This document shows positions 1 through 8,725 of a DNA stretch of 47,934 bases, in pieces (position 1 is the first letter of the stretch; each line of letters starts with the position of its first letter). The notes under the pieces were generated by a model, which was given only the letters and a program-made list of their open reading frames with translations, did no database searches and had not been told where the DNA came from. The translations under genes and the position numbers were made by a program. This stretch comes from an uncultured bacterium (GTDB lineage: Bacteria > Krumholzibacteriota > Krumholzibacteriia > Krumholzibacteriales > CAZTHK01): the NCBI GenBank assembly GCA_964613215.1, contig CAZTHK010000026.1, positions 1 through 47,934 of the forward strand, read 5' to 3'.

Positions 1-7
1 GTTGTTA

Positions 8-850
8 TCAGGAGAATTTTATCCCTTGACAAGGGAAGGCCTCATAGGTGTTATGTGCCTTGGAACCGGTAAAATAGTGCAATGCCGCTCCGTAACTTTC
101 AGCCGGCACCACCCTTAAATCCACCTGCAGGCCTCCCCTCAGCACCACCGAAGAACGGGTGGTCCCTCTGGAAAGAACCCGCTCCACATCCTCATAATCA
201 ACAAACATCTTCATCGCCCCGGAACTGTCCCGGCAAACCGCCAGGACATCGATATCCCCTACCGTCTCCTTTCCCCGCCGGTAACTTCCTGCTATTTCCG
301 CCGACTCCACCCCTTTCGCTTTACCCAGATACTCAAGCAATGGCCTGGCAATCTCCCTGGCCTGATCTATCCGGATACGGCCGTCCTCCCCCCTCTTCTC
401 CTTTATCCCGGTCAGAATATTCTCCTCTGTCTTCTTCCCGAAACCCTCCAGCTCCCTGATCCTTCCTTCCCTGGCCGCTTTTTCCAGGTGGTCAATATTT
501 GTTATATCCAGTATGGTGAAAAGAGTATGAATCCTCCTTCCTCCCAGCCCCGGGATTTCCATCAAGGCAACCAGTTCACCCGGCACCTCCTTCTTCAACT
601 CCTCCAGGTAAGCGAGCCTTCCCTCTAACACAAATTCCTTGATCTTGGCCGCCAGGTCCTTACCGATACCCACTATTCCGGTAAGGTCCTCCCCCTTCTC
701 CACAATTTCAGGTATGTTTCCGCTGAAATCCGCAATGTTCCGGGCTGCATTGCGGTAAGCCCTGATTCTGAATATATTGTCACCCCTGATCTCGAGGATA
801 TCGGCAATCCTTTCGAAAAGGGCTGATATATCCGAATTCCTCAAAGGCAT
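8..850 (-). CDS. polX: DNA polymerase X family protein, N-terminal portion only; the C-terminus runs off the left edge of the window
   Basis: Helix-hairpin-helix region (GIGKDLAAKI) followed by the Pol-beta nucleotidyltransferase motif GSYRRGKETVGDIDVL. No stop before window edge. RBS GGAGGG 7 nt upstream of the ATG at 850. Confidence 0.8.
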   Translation of the reverse strand: MPLRNSDISALFERIADILEIRGDNIFRIRAYRNAARNIADFSGNIPEIVEKGEDLTGIVGIGKDLAAKIKEFVLEGRLAYLEELKKEVPGELVALMEIPGLGGRRIHTLFTILDITNIDHLEKAAREGRIRELEGFGKKTEENILTGIKEKRGEDGRIRIDQAREIARPLLEYLGKAKGVESAEIAGSYRRGKETVGDIDVLAVCRDSSGAMKMFVDYEDVERVLSRGTTRSSVVLRGGLQVDLRVVPAESYGAALHYFTGSKAHNTYEAFPCQGIKFS

Positions 851-1116
851 CGCTCACCCTCCGGAAGACAGTTTAACCGGACAATTCATAAATGCAGCGG
901 CCCTCCCCCGGCCCCAATACCCATCGAAAAAATATTCATAATCTCCCCCCATTCCGGCTGTCAGGGGACATTTAAAGACCAGTACCCGCACTGGCAGAAC
1001 TTATCTATCCTTACCCTGCCATCCCCCGGGCCAGACAGAAGTACTAACACCTTCGAAACACCCGGATTAGTTGCGCTCAGGCAGTTCATACCCTTATAAA
1101 CCCCTGCAACAACCAG

Positions 1117-1572
1117 CTAGTCCCACCCGGCGGTGCGGATGGTCAGAACCGGATGATCGGCATATCGGATTACCTTTTCCGCCACCGAACCAAAAATCAG
1201 ATGATCCAGGCCGGTACCCCCATGGGTGGATATAACGATAATATCTACATCTTCATCCTTGGCTACCCTGATTATCTCGTCGGCAGGCTGACCATGCAGA
1301 ACTATTCCGCGCACTTCCACTTCATCCGGGATTCTTTCCCGGATCAGTTCCTCCAACGACTTCTCTGTATTTTCTCTCAGTTGCTTCTGATAGGATGGGA
1401 CATTAAATCCTATGGGATGAACCGGAGCTGAACCGGTGGGGACCGGCAAAACCACATTCACCACCAGCAGTTCCGCTGAGAAGTACTGGGCCAGTTCACA
1501 GGCCCTGTCCAGTGCCATGCAGGACGGCCCGCTGAAATCGGTAGGACATAAAATCTTTTTCAGGGGAAGCAT
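1117..1572 (-). CDS. Universal stress protein (UspA family)
   Basis: MLPLKKILCPTDFS start typical of Usp, GxxG ATP-binding region (ISTHGGTGLDHLIFGSVAEKV). Start moved to the internal ATG at 1572, which has an AAGGAG RBS 9 nt upstream. The longer ORF to 1650 lacks an RBS. Confidence 0.8.
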   Translation of the reverse strand: MLPLKKILCPTDFSGPSCMALDRACELAQYFSAELLVVNVVLPVPTGSAPVHPIGFNVPSYQKQLRENTEKSLEELIRERIPDEVEVRGIVLHGQPADEIIRVAKDEDVDIIVISTHGGTGLDHLIFGSVAEKVIRYADHPVLTIRTAGWD

Positions 1573-2139
1573 AGAGAATACTCCTTCGGTAAAATCATGG
1601 TTTCCCGCCAGAATCCGGGCAGATGGCAGTCCGGCCGGTTTCCACATCACTTAAATCCTCGTACATGCGGTTACTATTATAGGATGGCTCCTTACCGCTG
1701 TCTATTTGTTTTCAGGGAGATGCCCGGCTAAAGATATCTACATGTCAAAATGTTACCTGCCGTGGAACAAGCCTGCCCTCCACGGGAGGCCGGCATTTCT
1801 GATCCTCCCGGATATTCAACCGGAGGACTGACCCGGAGCTGCTATTATACAGGCCGGTTAAAAAAGGAAAGATGCAGAGAGGACAGCTGCCTGCAAGAAT
1901 AATACGGGCTAATTAATTTGATAATATATTGTAGACATACCTCAATCTTTGTAATAGAATTCATCCGAAGCAGCCGGTTAAACTGGCTGAATCATACAGT
2001 CAGCCGGCCAGTCGAGGCCGATTCCGGTTTTTCGGCTGGGAGCATTTCATAAGATGGGGAAGAGTTCTGCGATGGACGCTCTATTCAGAAAACCGTATCC
2101 ACCCGAATTAATCCCTGAAGCAAAGGAGATTGTTGTTTT

Positions 2140-4245
2140 ATGAATATTATCAAAGTTCCCGCTGCAGTTATCCTGTTAATTATAATCACATGCTGTCCTG
2201 TAGCCTCAGGAGCAGGTGAGGAGAGCCATCAGACACTTTCACCGGAGGATGTCTTTAATCTTAAAATCTGCTATCAGGCGGAGATAGGACCCCGGGGCAA
2301 ACTGGTTGCTTACACGGCAAACCGCCAGCGGGAGGCCACCGGTGAGCCGGGCGGATCGTACAGTGAACTTTATCTGGTAACAGTGGAAGACTCGGAGATT
2401 AAACCTTTTGTAACCGGCAAGGTCAATGTCAGCTCACCAAGATTCAGCCCGGATGGATCCAGGATAGCCTTCCTGTCCCGGAGAGAGGGTGATAAGAACA
2501 CCCAGGTGTGGGTAATCCCGGTGGATGGAGGGGAGGCGGTAAAGGTAACCGATTCTCCCACCTCGGTTAAGACATTCCGCTGGCATCCCGGGGGAAACAT
2601 GATTGCATATGTTGCTACCACCGAAGAGAGTGAGAGGGAGAAGGAACTGGAGGAGAAGGGATATGATTTCATCTACTTCGAGGAAAAACTGAAACACCGC
2701 AACATCTATATGAGAGAACTGGATGAATACGGAGGGGTGGGAGAAAGGGTCAGGATAACCGAGGGAGTTACGGTATGGGACTTCCAGTTCGCACACCACG
2801 GCAGAACCATGGCAGCCGCCATCTCGCCCAAGAACCTGGTGGACCATTACTATATGTTCAAGAAACTCTATCTGGTAGATCTGGACAAAAAGGAAATCAC
2901 CAGGCTGACCGATAATGAGGGCAAACTGGGCAACTTCGCATTCAGCCCGGATGATTCCAGAATTGTATTCGCAGCCGCCAGGGAGAGGAAGGATCACCAT
3001 GTCAGCCAGGCATTCGTCATAGACGTGGATGGTGATAACCTCCGGAACCTCACCCCTCCTGATTTTCGCGGCCATGTCCTGTGGGTGGGATGGAAAGACA
3101 ACGACGAGATCGTGTATCGATCAGCAGAGGAGGTATGGTCAACCCTCAGCACCGTTGACGCGGAGGGTGGGGAAAGGGAAGTAATACTGCACTCCGGGGA
3201 AAATGGAGTAATCTTCAGAAATCCCAGCTATACGGATGACTTCGATCATTTCGCCTTCTCCGGCAATACTCCGGACACCCCCGGGGATGTATACTACTGG
3301 GAGGAGGGATGGGACCGGCCCAGGAAGCTGGTAACACTTAATCCCTGGATCTCCCGGCGGAAGCTGGGGCGGCAGAGGGTGATTACATACACCGCCAGGG
3401 ACGGCCTGGAGCTTAAGGGGATGCTGGTCTATCCGGCAGGATATGAAGAGAACAAGCTCTATCCCCTGGTTGTTTCGGTTCACGGGGGTCCCGAGTCCAA
3501 CTACTATAACGGCTGGTTGACCCGTTACTTCAATCCCGCCCAGGTACTGGCAGGGAAGGGATACTTTGTATTTTATCCCAACTACCGGACCAGCAATGGA
3601 TATGGAGTGGATATTGCCCTTCAGGGGTACCACGATGCTGCAGGGAAGGAATTCGATGATATAGCCGACGGCATCGATTATCTCAAGTCTCAGAAGCTGA
3701 TCGATCCCGGGAGAGTGGGACTGGGAGGGGGCTCATACGGTGGTTATGCCTCAGCCTGGTTCGCCTCCTACTATACCGATTATGTCAAGGGGGTATGCAT
3801 GTTCGTGGGGATCAGTGATCTGATCAGCAAGCGCGGTACCACCGACATCCCATACGAGGAACTGTACGTTCACTCCAGGGACAAGCTGGAGGAGATGTGG
3901 GATTTCAGCCTGAAACGCAGCCCCATCTACTATGCCCATCAGAGCAAAACAGCGGTGTTGATACTGGGAGGTACCCGGGATACCAGGGTCAACCCCGCAC
4001 AGAGCCTGGAGTTTTACCGGCGGCTGAAGATGAACAATCACCCCGCTGTAAGGATGGTGCGGTATCCCGGAGAGGGTCACGGAAACAGAAAACAGCCCGG
4101 CAGGATAGATATCCTCTACAGAACCCTGGAATGGTACAACTGGTATGTGAGGGATGGTAACCCCATCGCCGGCCCGAAACCGCCTCTGGATATCAGCGAA
4201 CATTATGGGCTGGATCTCGTAGATAAGAAAGAGGGTGAACAGTAA
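2140..4245 (+). CDS. Secreted S9 family serine peptidase (prolyl oligopeptidase / acylaminoacyl-peptidase type) with N-terminal beta-propeller
   Basis: Signal peptide, TolB/WD40-like propeller repeats (SPRFSPDGSRIAF), catalytic GGSYGGY (GxSxG) and alpha/beta-hydrolase C-terminus. AAGGAG RBS. Confidence 0.85.
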   Translation: MNIIKVPAAVILLIIITCCPVASGAGEESHQTLSPEDVFNLKICYQAEIGPRGKLVAYTANRQREATGEPGGSYSELYLVTVEDSEIKPFVTGKVNVSSPRFSPDGSRIAFLSRREGDKNTQVWVIPVDGGEAVKVTDSPTSVKTFRWHPGGNMIAYVATTEESEREKELEEKGYDFIYFEEKLKHRNIYMRELDEYGGVGERVRITEGVTVWDFQFAHHGRTMAAAISPKNLVDHYYMFKKLYLVDLDKKEITRLTDNEGKLGNFAFSPDDSRIVFAAARERKDHHVSQAFVIDVDGDNLRNLTPPDFRGHVLWVGWKDNDEIVYRSAEEVWSTLSTVDAEGGEREVILHSGENGVIFRNPSYTDDFDHFAFSGNTPDTPGDVYYWEEGWDRPRKLVTLNPWISRRKLGRQRVITYTARDGLELKGMLVYPAGYEENKLYPLVVSVHGGPESNYYNGWLTRYFNPAQVLAGKGYFVFYPNYRTSNGYGVDIALQGYHDAAGKEFDDIADGIDYLKSQKLIDPGRVGLGGGSYGGYASAWFASYYTDYVKGVCMFVGISDLISKRGTTDIPYEELYVHSRDKLEEMWDFSLKRSPIYYAHQSKTAVLILGGTRDTRVNPAQSLEFYRRLKMNNHPAVRMVRYPGEGHGNRKQPGRIDILYRTLEWYNWYVRDGNPIAGPKPPLDISEHYGLDLVDKKEGEQ

Positions 4246-4276
4246 AAACCAGCTTACCGGAAAAGAGAGGTGCCCA

Positions 4277-5509
4277 ATGAAAAAGCTCAGAGGCAGAATC
4301 TCCAGGAGGTCCTTTCTGGGACGCACTGCAGCGGCCTTTATAGGAACCGGATTGGGAATAAGCGGAATTCCCTCCCGGATCAAGGGCGCGGTATCCGGCG
4401 AAGACACTAATCAGGGATCATCTGATGTTTCCCATATAAGGGATTACCGCAAACTGGGGAACACCGGCTGGAATGTCTCGGATATATCATTCGGTAATGC
4501 CGGGATGAAGGATACCAGCACCCTGGAATATGCCATGGAACGGGGAATAAACTACGTGGATACAGCCCGGCAGTACTACGATATGGAAAAGGTGATAGGA
4601 CAGCTGTTCCCCCGGAAGAGGGACCAGCTCTTTATCACCACCAAACTCCTGCCCAACCTGTTTACCGCCGATGCAAAAGCGGAAACCTTCATGAAAGCCA
4701 TAGAGGAGAGCCTGACCAGATTGAACACCGATTACATCGACGGATGCCTGATACATTCGGTGGGGGAAGACCCCGGTAAGCCGGACCGGACCATCATCAG
4801 GAATCAGAACATCTATGAGGCTTTCAGCAAGGCCGGAAATCAGGGCAAGATCAGATTCTGGGGAGCCAGCTCACACGGCCCCCTGATGATTGAGGAATTC
4901 AACTGGCTGATGGATAACACCGAAATAGATATTATTCAACCGGGGATGAATTATCTCGCCAGGGGACTGGAGCCCCTGCTGGCAAAAGCGAGGAAAAAGG
5001 GGATAGCGGTGGTAGCCATGAAGACTCTTTCCACCGCCCGTAAGATAGATTTTTCCCGATACAAGGGGGAGGGAAGAACTGTCAGGCAGGCCCTGCTCAA
5101 GTGGATGCTGGCCCAGCCCAATATAGATACCCTGGCCATCACCATGAGGACCATGGAGGAAATCGATGAGTATGTAGCTGCTTCCGGCAATCCCCGGCTG
5201 AGCCCGGAGGAGTGGAGGTCGCTGGAGAGCTACGGGATGAAGGAGGATAACAATTACTGCAGGCCGGGATGCGGATACTGCCTGGATTCATGCCCTCGGA
5301 AGCTCCCCATAAATGATATCCTGAGATACCAGTTATACTTCGAAAGTTATGGGAAGGAAAAATACGCCATCAGTATGTATTCCAACCTCCCCCCATCCAG
5401 CAAAGCCTCAATCTGCCAGTCATGCAATGGAGTCTGTGAGATCTCATGCCCCTACCATATCAGGATAAGGGAGAAGATGCTGGAGTCTCACCTTGAATTG
5501 ACCGTTTAG
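4277..5509 (+). CDS. Tat-exported aldo/keto reductase with C-terminal 4Fe-4S ferredoxin-like cysteine cluster
   Basis: Twin-arginine motif RRSFLGRTAAAF. AKR fold. C-terminal CRPGCGYCLDSCP ... CQSCNGVCEISCP cysteine motifs. Start set at the ATG at 4277 (RBS AGAGAGG) rather than the upstream ATG at 4235. Confidence 0.8.
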   Translation: MKKLRGRISRRSFLGRTAAAFIGTGLGISGIPSRIKGAVSGEDTNQGSSDVSHIRDYRKLGNTGWNVSDISFGNAGMKDTSTLEYAMERGINYVDTARQYYDMEKVIGQLFPRKRDQLFITTKLLPNLFTADAKAETFMKAIEESLTRLNTDYIDGCLIHSVGEDPGKPDRTIIRNQNIYEAFSKAGNQGKIRFWGASSHGPLMIEEFNWLMDNTEIDIIQPGMNYLARGLEPLLAKARKKGIAVVAMKTLSTARKIDFSRYKGEGRTVRQALLKWMLAQPNIDTLAITMRTMEEIDEYVAASGNPRLSPEEWRSLESYGMKEDNNYCRPGCGYCLDSCPRKLPINDILRYQLYFESYGKEKYAISMYSNLPPSSKASICQSCNGVCEISCPYHIRIREKMLESHLELTV

Positions 5510-5523
5510 GCTGGAGGAAGATA

Positions 5524-6303
5524 ATGATTGAAAGAATTTCAAACCAACGCCCCCCATTTGCCCTGACCTGTTTCTTGATTATACTTTTAATGTCTTCATT
5601 CACCGGCTGTCAGAAAATGCCCCGGATCACCAGCCCGGGGAAAAAATTAATCCGTCAGTCCGCCGAAGCCGCCGGTGGGCTTAAGAAGTTAGCCGGTTGG
5701 GATACCAGAGTGGAGAAGGGTATACTCAAAGTCAACTGGCCCGGATGGGGACATCTCAAGGCGGACTGCTCCAGATATATCGACAAACCCCATAGTGCTA
5801 AAATAGATAATAACTTCACCGCCTACGACCATCCCTTCTACATGACCTACTACTGCAATTCAGACACCTCCTGGAGTGTGGTAAACCTGCAGATAAGGCA
5901 GGGAAAGAGAATCAGCTCCAGGATGAGAGAATTCATAAAGAAAGCGGACGGGCTGGCCTATTATCTATCCCACAGCGATACCTTCTTCACAGTCAGGAAG
6001 GTGCCTGAAGACTCACTGGTGGATGCTGAGCAGTTAAGAAGGGCGGGGGTGGTTATGAACGGAGATACCATCCTGTTGGATATCAATAAGGAGAATTACC
6101 TGCTAACCAGAATGATCGACCAGGGGGGGGAAAGGCATACTCTCTACCACGACTACCGAAAGACAGCCGGCCCCATGGTCCCATTTCATGTACAGGTATA
6201 CCGGGGAGGTAAAAAGCAGGAGGAACACATCTGGAATGAGATAAATTTCAACGTGAATATAGATCCGGAGATATTCCGGGAGAAAATGCCTTCAGACGGG
6301 TAG
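5524..6303 (+). CDS. Hypothetical lipoprotein
   Basis: Signal peptide with lipobox (SSFTGC), GGAGG RBS, no recognisable catalytic motif. Confidence 0.5.
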   Translation: MIERISNQRPPFALTCFLIILLMSSFTGCQKMPRITSPGKKLIRQSAEAAGGLKKLAGWDTRVEKGILKVNWPGWGHLKADCSRYIDKPHSAKIDNNFTAYDHPFYMTYYCNSDTSWSVVNLQIRQGKRISSRMREFIKKADGLAYYLSHSDTFFTVRKVPEDSLVDAEQLRRAGVVMNGDTILLDINKENYLLTRMIDQGGERHTLYHDYRKTAGPMVPFHVQVYRGGKKQEEHIWNEINFNVNIDPEIFREKMPSDG

Positions 6304-6537
6304 ATCCCAGGCAAGCTGTTTAACTGGTTCCAAAATTGCCAGCCATGACGGAACCCCCCGGGAACAGGCCCTATCTACTGACAGCCGGGCAGTGAAGTTT
6401 CATCAACAGGGCATAATAGGATTAAGGCCCCGGGCGGGGCGGTTATACCAGCCGGCCGTTTAACCAGGCAGTTCAAGGAGCCTGACGCTGAGATAGTGGT
6501 GAGTAAAGAGATCCTGCCGGACGGTGCCCCTATGATT

Positions 6538-8025
6538 CTACTCCCCGGCTACTGGTATGAGCACTTCCACAGTGGTACCCTTTCCCACCCGGCTGTCTAT
6601 CTTCAATCCACCACCGTGCTCTTTAATTATTCCATAGGCAATGGAAAGCCCCAGTCCGGCCGCCTCACCGCAACTTCTGGTAGTAAAGAACGGTTCGAAA
6701 GCCCGTTCAGCCACCTCATCACTCATCCCTTCACCGGTATCACTCAATATCACCCGGCAATAATCTCCCGAAGGGATGTCCATATGATCGCCGGTATCAA
6801 GCCCGGTGAGAGACAGATAGTCCATATTTACGGCAAGTCTGCCTCCTTCCTCCATGGCATCCCTGGCATTCACACATATATTGATCAGAGCCCTCTCCAA
6901 CTGTCCCTTGTTTATCAACACCGGTCTGTCCTCTTCCGGCCGGGATACTTCTATATCGATATTCCGGGGGAAGGTTCTTTCCAGCAGCAGAACCACATTT
7001 CGGATCACTTCTTTCATTGATCCTTTGCGTACTCTGGAGGGCATGCTGCTGCCAAGGGACAGGAGTCTCTTAGTATAATCTCCCGCCTGTTCCAGAGCCC
7101 GGTCTACTTCCTGGAGATCGGAATAGGCAGGATCATTTTCATGACAGGATTGCAGAGCCATGGTTACATATCCGGATATTCCCATGATTATGTTATTGAA
7201 ATCATGGGCGATATTGGCAGCCAGCCCCAGCATTGCATCGGCCCGCTGTGATCTGAGCAGAACCTTCTCCATTCTCCTCTGCTGGGTAACCATTCTGACT
7301 ATTCCGCACAGTCTGGTTGTATTCCCCTCCTCATCAATCAGGGGAAATTTCAGAATGTTGAAAATATCGTGATTTCTACCCAGCGGTACGGTGTCGAAGG
7401 ATCTGACCGGATGACCCTCCAGAATCCTTTCATCCATTTGAGCCAATGGTTCAGCAATCCTCCGGGGGAACACATCAAACACCGTCTTGCCGATAAGCTC
7501 CTCCCTGGATCTATCACACAGATTTGCAAAAGCGTCGGTAAGCCAGGTGTATCTGCCCTCTGTGTCCTTGACGTAGATTATCTCACCGGTATTTATCAGC
7601 ATCGCCTTCAGAAAGTGGGCCTTCTCAGCGGGGTTGGTATCCAGTTCATCCCAGTCGGAAAGATCGAACATAAAGGCAACATGTCCGGAAAATCCCTCTT
7701 CCCCGTTATGGAGAGGCTGGGAGGTAACCCTTACCGGATATTCTATCCCCCCCTCCCGTTCGAAATAGACTGGAGCATCATACTTTACTCCCTCGAAGAA
7801 TCCTCTCCCGGCAGGTTTCTTTTCTCCTTCTTTGGAGACTGTGAAGAAGGGATAGGGCGGTTCTGCTCCCACTACATCCTTCTTTTCACATCCAACCATC
7901 CGGCAGAAAGCATGATTTGCCTCCACTATTACACCATGCTCATCCACCACACTCATTCCAATGGAAGCATCCCTGAAGATAGAACCATAGATGTAATTAA
8001 TCGAATTTGTTCCTGCTTCAGACAA
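6538..8025 (-). CDS. Cytoplasmic PAS-domain sensor histidine kinase
   Basis: Two PAS-like regions, HisKA H-box (IAHDFNNIIMGISGY), HATPase_c G-boxes (DTGEGM ... GLGLSI). No TM segments. Confidence 0.85.
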   Translation of the reverse strand: MSEAGTNSINYIYGSIFRDASIGMSVVDEHGVIVEANHAFCRMVGCEKKDVVGAEPPYPFFTVSKEGEKKPAGRGFFEGVKYDAPVYFEREGGIEYPVRVTSQPLHNGEEGFSGHVAFMFDLSDWDELDTNPAEKAHFLKAMLINTGEIIYVKDTEGRYTWLTDAFANLCDRSREELIGKTVFDVFPRRIAEPLAQMDERILEGHPVRSFDTVPLGRNHDIFNILKFPLIDEEGNTTRLCGIVRMVTQQRRMEKVLLRSQRADAMLGLAANIAHDFNNIIMGISGYVTMALQSCHENDPAYSDLQEVDRALEQAGDYTKRLLSLGSSMPSRVRKGSMKEVIRNVVLLLERTFPRNIDIEVSRPEEDRPVLINKGQLERALINICVNARDAMEEGGRLAVNMDYLSLTGLDTGDHMDIPSGDYCRVILSDTGEGMSDEVAERAFEPFFTTRSCGEAAGLGLSIAYGIIKEHGGGLKIDSRVGKGTTVEVLIPVAGE

Positions 8026-8238
8026 TTTGGTCCATCCTTCCGTTACAACTTACCGATACCTGTCGAAACAGTATTCGTCATCTGGCCCGGTTTTCTTAAC
8101 CTGTTTAAGAAGCATTGCCCGCCGGATCAGAAGGCAGGGGCGAAAAGTCCCCTTCTGATCCTGCATAAATTTTATGGAAATTCAGCGGTTGCCGGAGGGC
8201 CGGTGCATCCATCAACTTAACCGGCTGGTAATGGAACC

Positions 8239-8595
8239 TCAATGGTTGAATTTCTCCAAACCTGCAAACCGGTTATAGCGGTCCACCTTTATCAGCAGTG
8301 GTTCCACCGGATCGGAAACCCAGGAAAAGGACATCACATCAATCTCATCACCTTCCCTGATCAGATGGGCCGCAGCACCGTTCATGGCCATGACTCCACT
8401 CCCCCGCTCCCCTTTGATCACATATGTTTCCAGCCTGGCTCCATTGGTGCGATCCACCACCATGACATTCTCATTTTCACTGAGATTGGCCCTGTCCATA
8501 AGATCTTCATCTATGGTTATACTTCCCACGTACTGGACATCCGCCATAGTCACATTCGCTCTCAGTATCATCGATTTTAAAGCCAGGTACTTCAT
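8239..8595 (-). CDS. panD: Aspartate 1-decarboxylase (PanD) paralog with non-canonical K9M/H11L substitutions
   Basis: Gap-free alignment by eye to M. tuberculosis and E. coli PanD: YVGS (Gly24-Ser25 self-processing site), NGAR (Arg54), TY (Thr57-Tyr58) and MNGAAAH (Asn72) are conserved. Lys9 and His11 are replaced (LKSMILRANVT). Confidence 0.8.
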   Translation of the reverse strand: MKYLALKSMILRANVTMADVQYVGSITIDEDLMDRANLSENENVMVVDRTNGARLETYVIKGERGSGVMAMNGAAAHLIREGDEIDVMSFSWVSDPVEPLLIKVDRYNRFAGLEKFNH

Positions 8596-8725
8596 CGATC
8601 TCCGCCCGGTTATATAATTCTACTTTGATCAGCCTTCAGCATCAATATAACAGCAAACCGGTATCCGGTCAAAGTATATCATTGCCAACAAGTTGGGTTA
8701 ATGGCTCTTCTGAAAATCCAGAAAC

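Noticed and set aside
2434-3633. Minus-strand ORFs of 213 and 164 aa inside the first S9 peptidase gene
   Set aside because: Antisense to a strongly supported gene. No motifs.
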